Below are positions 19,801 through 27,000 of a DNA stretch of 60,422 nucleotides, piece after piece. A program made the position numbers and the translations under genes. The DNA is from a virus. Its lineage: Duplodnaviria; Caudoviricetes. The DNA is taken from IMG/VR virus record IMGVR_UViG_3300032047_000013, positions 1-60,422 of that record. One strand, 5' to 3'. How positions within the stretch are numbered: the stretch's first letter is position 1; every line of letters begins with the position of its first letter. Under the pieces are notes generated by a model that searched no databases, was not told the DNA's origin, and worked only from the letters and a program-made list of their open reading frames with translations.

Positions 19801-21203
19801 GTTTCTTGACCATTAAGCCTGTATGTAGGCTTCTTTACGAACGCAGAGGTTATGGCTGTGTTGGCAAGCCCACCTGGGGTTCCAGCAGTAGCCTCCAATA
19901 TGACCTCAACTCCAGACAACTCATCTCCAGCGGCTAGAGTACCAGCGACTTCACCAAGGCCTCCAACAACGCCCTCACCTCCAAGCTCTATAGCTAGTGA
20001 CTTAGCCGTTGTCTTTGTTGACTCAGCTATGACTTTCTCTGCAGTCTTAGCAACAGTTCTTGATCCTTTCGCAAGCTGAGATACTGCAACCCCTCCTACG
20101 AACTCAAAGGCTCCGATAGTAGCTCCTCTAGCTATTGAGGAGTTTCTAATTCTCTTCATTGCATCTTCATTGGACAAGATTTCTCTTAGTCTGTCTGGAG
20201 TAAGGTTTTCTGCACCTCCCGCCTCTTCAGCGAGAGCCTGAGAGAAGTACTGCATTGTCTCCATGGTTGCTCCAGCAGCGCCCATTCCTACTCGAAGAGC
20301 ATAGGGAAGCGCTGCTATGGCTGCGGCGCCCGATCCAACGGGCGTTGCTATAAGACCAGCTGTAGCCGCGCCTGCCTCTACAGTAGCCACGCCAGCTCCG
20401 AAAGCCTTTAATGACTGCTTGTTCAGCATGCTAGTTAGCGATGAAGCCATAACCTCCACCCCAACCCCTGGGTTCTTCGCCATGGCTACAAGAGCCCCCA
20501 GATATTCGTTATCGTACTTTTCTACCTCAGCATTAAAAGACTTCATAGCCTCAGAAGCCCCATGTTTCTTTTGATGATCCTCAGAAGCCTGTAGTGCTTG
20601 GATATACTCTATAGCGTCTTTGTCAGACACCTCTTCCATGTCTCTAAACACATCACCGACTTGACCATTGACCCTAATTTGAGTCATGCCGTCGGCAACC
20701 CCACGAATAGGGTGAGACAAGGCCTCTCCCATCCAACCCATCTCTTCCACGGCCTCAGACAGGGCCATAACCTTGTCTGCAGTTTTTGAGTCTTCTGCTC
20801 TAAAGGCCTCTCCAAAAGCACTCCAACCCTTCTTTACCTCGTCCCAGTTTTGATATATGTCCGCAACGGTCCTTGCCGCCATTCCAATGGGGCTAGAACT
20901 CATCTGCCCAACAGCGCTTACAGCCTCTACAGCGCTAGGTAGTCTACTCTCTGAAGAGTCCGACTTTCCAGAGGGAGCCTGAGAAACTGAAGGAGATACC
21001 CCAGAATCGTCTTTTTTTTTTACAAGAGAGTACTTCGCATCGAACTCCTCACGGCTCTTTGTGTAGAGTCCGTCACGAGTTACAACGCCAAAGACCTTAT
21101 CTCTGTAGGCTGGGTCTGCGTACTGTTCTTGAAAATCCTCAAACGACTTTGTATAGTAGCCCTCTCTTGAGAGAGAGTCGTAAAGCTTCTGTAGTTCTTC
21201 CAT
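13836..21203 (-). CDS. giant polyvalent internal-virion/ejection protein with C-terminal LPD38-like domain
   Basis: 2455 aa; Gly/Ala-rich hydrophobic region; acidic linker; zincin-like REEFAH; C-terminal NFVRD..FENSVR..TVNFNKQG..YLFFNAGVQG..YIKVPMPYG pattern. Confidence 0.75.
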   Translation of the reverse strand: MEELQKLYDSLSREGYYTKSFEDFQEQYADPAYRDKVFGVVTRDGLYTKSREEFDAKYSLVKKKDDSGVSPSVSQAPSGKSDSSESRLPSAVEAVSAVGQMSSSPIGMAARTVADIYQNWDEVKKGWSAFGEAFRAEDSKTADKVMALSEAVEEMGWMGEALSHPIRGVADGMTQIRVNGQVGDVFRDMEEVSDKDAIEYIQALQASEDHQKKHGASEAMKSFNAEVEKYDNEYLGALVAMAKNPGVGVEVMASSLTSMLNKQSLKAFGAGVATVEAGAATAGLIATPVGSGAAAIAALPYALRVGMGAAGATMETMQYFSQALAEEAGGAENLTPDRLREILSNEDAMKRIRNSSIARGATIGAFEFVGGVAVSQLAKGSRTVAKTAEKVIAESTKTTAKSLAIELGGEGVVGGLGEVAGTLAAGDELSGVEVILEATAGTPGGLANTAITSAFVKKPTYRLNGQETTKEALEDVVSTSTYDQLQKMKIEVNEDEAFGGALIESIESKKDQTRTGESVSEEADVSAPEAETTQEDVSEEAQPQEQTLSDEVSQALESIDSEIEQAQAEVDEAAERAGIDAESPQAQEAATQKVATLKARKKEALRLIGEVGQAQEQTSDAEATAATEAAEFGDLNEAAAKQAELEGDLRDLLGVKAEPETVAIPDEQGKPTEVTIEDDTQQQPVQAEPTQEEQLVDDFEEFDLNDDVGGKLLESETVDTTIAEEVRTLQGSLKSDTMQEGKVVFHKTQESIGNVDEQTRAEAGPIDGYMAPDGTIHLGPKATRNTVREEFAHKAFVNAIGQDSKTRAATFDSLISLAKKNKAAEAILRERLQNYGDIDASEMSVDQMAKAAREQGKDTAMLEEEAIMGLMIDYANDPSKYKSQKNWFIKAAQKVLDTMGLGGTIKSENDVIALGKKLERATRGKQVDIQGDQTQASGRMAKAQWPKEGARVRYKGHEYVIRTGGVAQGEYGRPKTAGPFNSYDHFANWYRGMAGTNADGSYVYPDRVTEMRVDIDGQEYILPQPKERPTGKAKRRYSTYQERQTEKKLELGNQVDAIRKKASEVQKDAGDAWRSNPNYSNTNFFDFAPAIDKILRDAPVRKSLGLERQLAEAKLEAAEIQLENINLFNELEITEEEMQDMLGRGNTISTAKYPELFNLSEREHSLLAEQNPEEQESARSTGRFAKAPSEVVSQKPTKKQLKAMEGRPNSVMGTLKGLIKGLVNPIYVAMAYDSSWIANKSGVAETKPDVLFSHRNRNQALETKKKIQKAIRADNASPNRNRKIVITYFTQGKEYVHGNPEVFEQTWRQIMEVAESDPVASKQIREAVEDVLDFSKRGGSKQRTDLLRNVLLRLKSHPAVIEGRGKDKLQATAEKLYKNGVMKIKEKGLKISIPDNNNLLAVFETLSNVINKEVQSINELSFSKRNDFMKALLLNIDARKTTPRKRGALKSIPSLSLSRAQFLDAELAAAKSGHAVAAKLIPVVSADDVLIRNNPESAFPFEVVIDGFEQDLTYLQEWPNLSEMDPKFQPEESAQAVRSSIRGRLDSGMAGRFSKANPMTTVEHDGKSFDVRSKSRVQEVTDNFLRKMANKYREIELIQADVEKSKGRPVDESQDFKMAEELMYGKAATALEKLDERVSDITSIMKDNGITEQDITDYLYALHAPERNALLLEREGVDNGSGISDLEAQEIIDEIAKSGKLKAFEEAGQKIQDIAQDTRNTMRKLGLETDARIDAFEDMFKNYVPLAGIAIDESGENVGTYPSGSTGFHVSGSRIKKAEGRKTPAINLFAQTVHMNAATHVRGQKNEVMKSLYNLIKENSNKDVWSVFDPEKKGEKRSIGNLDVVGVRVDGKQMAMQFADPSHAQSLRDMGVSKTNTFLKVMRGLSGWLRRSYTTLRPEFAINNFVRDIGSAVFNASAETEIEGGVLNGQKVVKDMMKMVPSSLSAFLKDSVGKDSDPLIKKYFEEFKEDGGRTGWSHVKSIQEIQEGIVSDTSDPKSGVKGVAQKLFGKISDTAEFVEGVNEAFENSVRMAAYVAARKNGVSRSKSAQFAKNVTVNFNKQGEYGQVLNAVYLFFNAGVQGTARFARSMGTLKPKQKADGTTRKGRERITTPQKLAGGMVLFNSMLTMLNIALSDRDEDDELFYNKIPDYVKERAMVIMVDGENYIKVPMPYGYNVFANMGQSMTEVAMGHRKPWSGVTFMTNSILTSFSPVSFGQSKDLITSISKGAVPTPFKPIVDVLANETYFGGKVHADQSPFGAPKPESELAFRSPESVQSFFRWMNEATGGSSEVSGSVDFNPDKMWYLFEYAIGGVGRDITRGVEATRKVAAKTVDPSIDVEFNDIAMMRALYGEPSKYYDFELYADRRDGIVQLSREYKKLSRAQRNSKGDRYDGLKKLDRQLKKSERELKKLRAIKREARREKDYTLRTSKLQKLFEEERKVIMEFNRVYNNLKGK

Positions 21204-21204
21204 T

Positions 21205-23097
21205 TTAATCTAGTTCGCCGCTATTTCCTGTGGATGTTGATTCTGCTTCTTGCAAGAAGTCCTTATTCATAAGAGCCGCCAATGTAGCGTCTGGGCCGTA
21301 AACCATCTTCAAGTTGTCCTCGATTTGCTTAAGTATTGATGCTGAAGCCCTATCCCCCTCCTTCAACTCAACATCTGGGATGCGGTTTCCTTTATCTGAA
21401 CCTGTTTCGTGATACAGATTTGTTAGTACAATCTTACCTTCGCTAGGGTAGAACAGGATGTCAACGGGCTCTACATTGACCCTACCGCCGTCACCGTCGG
21501 GAACCGTAACCCTTACGTTTGAGTTCTTAAGGGCCGTGAGAGTATACTGGTGACCCGCTGGGGCCTCGTTTGAAATGGCATGATCCTTAATCCAGGACCT
21601 CATTCTTTCTTGCTCTTCTGCGCCCTTTTCTAGATAGAACTTTTCTTCTTCCTTTGTATTGGAGTCTGTGAGGGTCACGACTTCGTCGCCATCCCACGTT
21701 GTGGCACCAGCGCTTATGTGCTTGAGCTCCTCTCCTTCTAGCTGTTCGTTTAGCCTTCTAGCCACCTTCTTGTCGTTGATGGTGTCTGTAACATTTCCGT
21801 TTTCATCTAGCTCAATTCCAAAGTCAACGCTATCAAGTGTCGAGCTAACCCTCTCTTCTATGGGTACGGGCTCTATTCTTGCAGCTGTTCCTAGCTGCCC
21901 ACGGCGCTCAGTTCTTGCTCTTTCGTCTTTTGTTAGCTTACGGGGATCTTTTGGCTTCTCGTTCTCTTTTGCGAACCTAGACGTTTCTCTCCACCTTCTT
22001 CTCGCGTCCTCCATAGCAAGCTCATTCATGCCTTGGTATTCTCCGTTCTCTATGAACTGCTGCCTTTGTTCCTTGCTGAGGTCTGGGAATATGTCATCCA
22101 CGACAACCCTCCTAAACTTCTGAGTTGTAATGTTGTTGTCCCAATACTGATCTGAAATATACTGCTGCTGTTGTTGCTCGGAAAGGTCTCCGACTTTCTT
22201 TGTTACGTATCCATCTTCATTTTCAGGGTCAGAGGGATCGTAAAATGTTATTGGGCTTGCAGGATCAGCGTTAATCAAACTATCCTGAATCCTTTGCGCT
22301 TGATTCTGATACTCGTCTCCATCAGCGACGTCAAAAAGGGTCTGGCTTGCGATGGTCGTCATATCAGGCTGGAAGGTTCTGGCTCCATCCATAACGTGAG
22401 GCATCTGGAAGATATCCATCTCCTCGCCCTCTTGATAGATGGGCATGCCGTTCTCGTCACGTTCTCCAGTATCAATCTTCATGGTGGAGACAAGTTCTCC
22501 GTTCTCATTGATCCTCATCTTGGTTGTGAAGAACCCTCCTTCGTTAACGAAGTCGAGTCTTTCTTGAGCCCAATCAAATTCATCTATAGGATTGCCGTCC
22601 TCATCCATAAGCGCAAATCCGTTCTCTTCGTAGAACTCCCTTGAGTTGCCATTCGTTGCCCGCTGCATTGAGTCCTGCATCGTAAAGCCAGTGCCTGTAG
22701 CGTTATTGTCTCCGTAAGACTGAATGTAATAGTTCTCAGCCGTGTCTATATATGCGTTAAGCTTTGCAAGGTCCTGAGAAAAACCCTCAGGGTTGTCGTA
22801 ATAGCCTCCGCTTTTCCACTTCTGCGCAAGGTGATCTCTGTAGAACGAGATAGCCTCTCTATGCCCATCGTAAACCTTTCCGAGCTTGGCCCCATAGAGC
22901 TGTTCGTTTTGCTTCTGACGCTCGTCCCTAGCAGCCTTTATCCTTCCAGCATACAGCTCGTCCTTAGTGACGGCCTCTTTTACTCCGTCCTGAAGAGTGG
23001 GCTTTCTGAACGTTTGAGCTGGAGCTGGAACCCCAACACCAGCCTGGCTTACCTGCTGCCCGCCTCTTTGAGGCATATATACTATACCCTGTGGCAT
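21205..23097 (-). CDS. putative internal virion/ejection protein
   Basis: 630 aa, helical; lies between the tail genes and the giant protein. Confidence 0.55.
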   Translation of the reverse strand: MPQGIVYMPQRGGQQVSQAGVGVPAPAQTFRKPTLQDGVKEAVTKDELYAGRIKAARDERQKQNEQLYGAKLGKVYDGHREAISFYRDHLAQKWKSGGYYDNPEGFSQDLAKLNAYIDTAENYYIQSYGDNNATGTGFTMQDSMQRATNGNSREFYEENGFALMDEDGNPIDEFDWAQERLDFVNEGGFFTTKMRINENGELVSTMKIDTGERDENGMPIYQEGEEMDIFQMPHVMDGARTFQPDMTTIASQTLFDVADGDEYQNQAQRIQDSLINADPASPITFYDPSDPENEDGYVTKKVGDLSEQQQQQYISDQYWDNNITTQKFRRVVVDDIFPDLSKEQRQQFIENGEYQGMNELAMEDARRRWRETSRFAKENEKPKDPRKLTKDERARTERRGQLGTAARIEPVPIEERVSSTLDSVDFGIELDENGNVTDTINDKKVARRLNEQLEGEELKHISAGATTWDGDEVVTLTDSNTKEEEKFYLEKGAEEQERMRSWIKDHAISNEAPAGHQYTLTALKNSNVRVTVPDGDGGRVNVEPVDILFYPSEGKIVLTNLYHETGSDKGNRIPDVELKEGDRASASILKQIEDNLKMVYGPDATLAALMNKDFLQEAESTSTGNSGELD

Positions 23098-24005
23098 TAC
23101 TTCTTAAATTGGGGTTCTTTGAAAAGCTTCTTAAGGAAAGTCATGAGTCCTTTCTCGTCTCCGCCTGATATGAGTTTGTCTATGGTCCCTTTTTGATCTG
23201 GATTAAACACTATAACTTCTTCGTCTCCAGTAAACTCAGCCTCCTTGACTCCGCTCTCCTCGTCGACAACGGCCTTCTTGTTTGTTTTGTGAGAGAACTC
23301 ACCGCCAGTCTTAAATCTTCTTGCTGCGTCTAGAGCCGCCTCAACCTTACCCCCCTTCTTCATAGAAGCAACCAGTGGTTCAACAGCACTCAGTCCTACA
23401 TCAAGAGCCATATCTCCAAAAGCCCGCTTCTTAGCCTTCTTAGCCATTCCGAACTGATCTTTTGCCGCCCTCATATCGGCTCTTGAGCCAGTCTTAAGCA
23501 TCTCTGCGGCTGCAATCTCTTTCTGCTTCTGAGCCTCAAAGTTCTCCGTGTTGGCCATGTCAATCTCTGACTCCCTACCAGCTAAAGTTTGGGTAGCCTC
23601 CTGCCTGCCCTGCATGCCCGCAAGAGCGTCCTGTCTAGCCATCTGACCAAAGGCATCACCCTGCATGCTTTGAGCGAGTCTTTGATCTCCTCCGCCTACA
23701 ACTGAGGCCAAGGCTTGCTCCCTAGCTTGAGAGGCAGCGTCTTCTGCCCCTCTACCCATAGCCATATCGTAGGCATCAGTCTCTCTGCTTGAGAGCTTGT
23801 ACTTCTCTGGCTCAAACTCCAGCTTTCCTTCCTTTATGTTTTTAAGAGCCTCACTAGCGATATTCATGTCTCCACGAGATCTACTTCTGTCTTTGGCCGC
23901 CTGCTCCATAACGTCCTTAGCGGCACGTCTTTTCGCAATCATTCCGCGTATGCCACCCGTAAACGCTCCTGCAGCGCCTTGAGCTGATTTTCTAGTTAGT
24001 CCCAT
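23097..24005 (-). CDS. putative internal virion/ejection (pilot) protein
   Basis: Ala/Gln/Met-rich helical protein with GGEFSHKTN..EFTGDE motif; start MGLTRK at 24005 follows a TAACTTTG promoter. Confidence 0.6.
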   Translation of the reverse strand: MGLTRKSAQGAAGAFTGGIRGMIAKRRAAKDVMEQAAKDRSRSRGDMNIASEALKNIKEGKLEFEPEKYKLSSRETDAYDMAMGRGAEDAASQAREQALASVVGGGDQRLAQSMQGDAFGQMARQDALAGMQGRQEATQTLAGRESEIDMANTENFEAQKQKEIAAAEMLKTGSRADMRAAKDQFGMAKKAKKRAFGDMALDVGLSAVEPLVASMKKGGKVEAALDAARRFKTGGEFSHKTNKKAVVDEESGVKEAEFTGDEEVIVFNPDQKGTIDKLISGGDEKGLMTFLKKLFKEPQFKK

Positions 24006-24019
24006 ATTGTCAGTTTTTA

Positions 24020-24027
24020 CAAAGTTA
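24020..24027 (-). promoter_or_regulatory. -7 element TAACTTTG
   Basis: Intergenic TAnnTTTG match upstream of ATG 24005. Confidence 0.55.
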
Positions 24028-24033
24028 ACGAAA

Positions 24034-27000
24034 TCACATCGAAGAGTCAAGGTTAGACGGCATTGAGTCAACGCCTATGCTAAGCAAAGCCCCATTAGTC
24101 TTTGGGATTGCAGCATCTACAATCAGGTACTTATCTCTAAGCTGATCCCCATAGTAGTTAGGGTCTGAAACAATAATAACATCTCTACCGTTTATATCAT
24201 CAAAAAAGTCTGTCGCAATAAACCCCTCGCTGTACTGTATGGACGCCTCGATTATGTTTTCTTTTATAGACTTAACAAAAACGACCTCTACATTAGGTAG
24301 AGAGGACATGCTTGTGATTTGATTCTCAATCCCTACAGAGATGTCTACGGACTCTCCGACATTAAAGGTGTAATCTGAGCTATTGGACAATAAGAACGTC
24401 AACGGAACAAGCTCTCCTGGGCTGCTCTGTTGAGTCAAGGTCATTGATGACAAAATGCCTACGGACTTAATGTTTGAGCTGCCACCAAGCTCACTCCTTG
24501 GGAGGTCGCTGTAAAAGGTGCCTTCTTTTTCAGTAAAACTAGTAAGGCTTGCCTTCTCATTGTCTGTCTCAAACTTCAAAGACCATTGTTCGTCACCTTC
24601 AATAAATGAAGATTTATAGGCGTGAACCGTAGCACCATTGTCATTAAATACAGACCTAAAGTGAGATACAAAGTCGTATCCATGAAATCTGTTTGGAAGG
24701 TCATTCTTGTTGTGCTCATAAAAAAATGAATCTCCATCAATTTGGTTTTTTGAAGACAAAAACGACTCGTTTACAAATGAATAATCAAGCGAATCAAATG
24801 AATAAAAAGTCTTCCAGTAGGGGTCTCCTGCCGCATTAAAGGCAACCGTGTTGTGATTAGTAGAATCTAAATTCCAGTAAGTGTCAGTAAACTGAGATAG
24901 ATTTGATCCAAGATTTGTGCTCATAGAAGAACCTCTAGAAATAATAAGCTCCCTGTTTACTGGATTGTACCCTGTAACAACCTTAAATGATACAGGATCT
25001 TCAGGTGTTTTTAAAAAGTCCCTAAAGAAGCCCCTCATCTTGTTGTTAGAAATCTCCTCTATTGATTTGCCGCTTACTCTTACAACAACCCTGTTGTCGG
25101 TGTCTGCAAAATATACATCGTTGTCTACTATTGTGACCGACTCTGGATGTCCAGACGTTCCAAAGTCATTTGCATAGCCTTGATGATTTTGAAGGACATT
25201 AGAGCTAAGTGCTAAATTTTCAACACCGTCAGCGGTTGACGTGATTGACTTATTTACAAACACGTCCGAAACCTTAGAGTCTTGAATTGCAACAAGTCTG
25301 TTTCCAACCTCAGCCATGTAGTCTATCTTTCCGTATCTCTTAGGGAGGTCATAAAAGTTGGCTGAAGAGGGGAATGAAAAAATGCTAGGCCTAAATGTTT
25401 CAGAAGAGTTCTTCTCTCCAAAAATTATTGAAGCCTCGTTTCTTGTTTCTCCAGAGTCCCTGTTGACGTAATGAATCCTTCCGTAGGATTTAGATTTAGA
25501 TCTGTATAGATCTGTTACAGAGTTTGACTCCATGAAAAATCCCCTAAACCTAGATTTAGACTTATCCTCTTCTGTTGTATTGTCACCTTCTATCAGGTCT
25601 ATAAATTCTGATGTGGCAGCATTGTACTCTCTTGCATTCTGAGGCACCGCCCTAAAGAACACATCCCCCTTGGTTACCCTGATTTTATCTGGTAGATGGC
25701 TGAGGGCGCTCTTTATTCCACGAGCACTTGTTTCGAAGTATGGCAAAAGATCCTCATCTAGGTCTGATTTCTCTGTAACTATTTCAAATACACACCTGTT
25801 TCCCCATTTGTCAACCTGATTTAAAACAGAGGCAGCGTCAAACCCATGAGCGTTTATGTTGTTTCTTAGGACCAGGAATGAGCCTGTTCTTTTGATTTTT
25901 GCATCAAAATCGTCTTCCCCCCCAACGAGCGGGTTATCTTCCTCCGATGATATCTCTTTCGTGCCCATTACGTCAAAGACAAAAGTCCTTGGGTGATAAG
26001 CTACATTTTCGTCGTCAGAAAAACTACTGATTATCCTAACCTTGTCTCCTTCCGAGAAACGATAAAGAGTTGGCTCCAGGGTGTCCTGATCTCTTGCTCC
26101 AAAAGCCTTAGTGTAGGATATTTTGCTACCCTGCAAGTAATTCATGGAAACGTATATGGAGTCGTCCTGATTCCCATTAGATCCCTTTTCAACAAAAGCA
26201 CCTCCAGAAACCATTTGAGTAAACCTTCTTGTACTAGAGGCTCCACCATAAACGATTCTCCATGATTCAGCCCATGTTGGCATAGGGTGAAAAAGCTCTA
26301 TTTCAACGTCAACGCTTCCCCTTCCATTGGCTTGTCCTTCTTGAGAGTAGTTCTGAATAGAAGATCTTTCAGAATCGGAATAACCTGGAACAAATGCGCT
26401 GTCAAGGGGGAAGACAGAACTCGCTCTGCCTTTATTGTCGTAGTACACTATCCCGAAGTTGTGAACGTCGTTTGTTTTAAACGAGTAGTCAATATCTCCT
26501 GAATCCGTTATGATAGAAACAATGTTGCCCACATCTTCAAACCCCCCTGCGCTTAAGTCAGAATTCTCAAATTCATCGTCAGAGGGGAGCATAAAGGTCT
26601 TGTCTATGTTTAGATACGGAAGATTGTCTACAACACCTATCATAGTCGTGTTCCAAACACTACCCCTTCTATTTGATACAGGCAAAGAATCTCCAGTTGC
26701 CTCCCCTCCAAACTCGTCGCCTGGGTTGTAGCTCCTTACTACCTCTGAGCTATATGAAGCCTGACTTCTTCCTCCAGGACCAGCGTCCCCATCTATAACA
26801 GAGAACGAATAAGTTCCATCATCATCGAGCGCATTCTCTCTTATGTCAAGAGTCTCGAATTTTGTTAACCATGCAAATCCGTAACCTCTAAGCTCTAGAG
26901 ACCCAGTGTTTTCTTGTTCTTCGGCTGTAACCTCGTATGGGTATGGAAGCCAGTGAACTGGGTGTCTGGGTCGAAACGTATAACTTCCAGAAAAGTTGTG

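Noticed and set aside
13836-21203. Virion RNA polymerase (crAss- or N4-type)
   Set aside because: No DxDxD-type or T7-like polymerase motifs were recognised; the C-terminus fits an LPD38-like polyvalent protein. A structure search is needed to exclude it fully.
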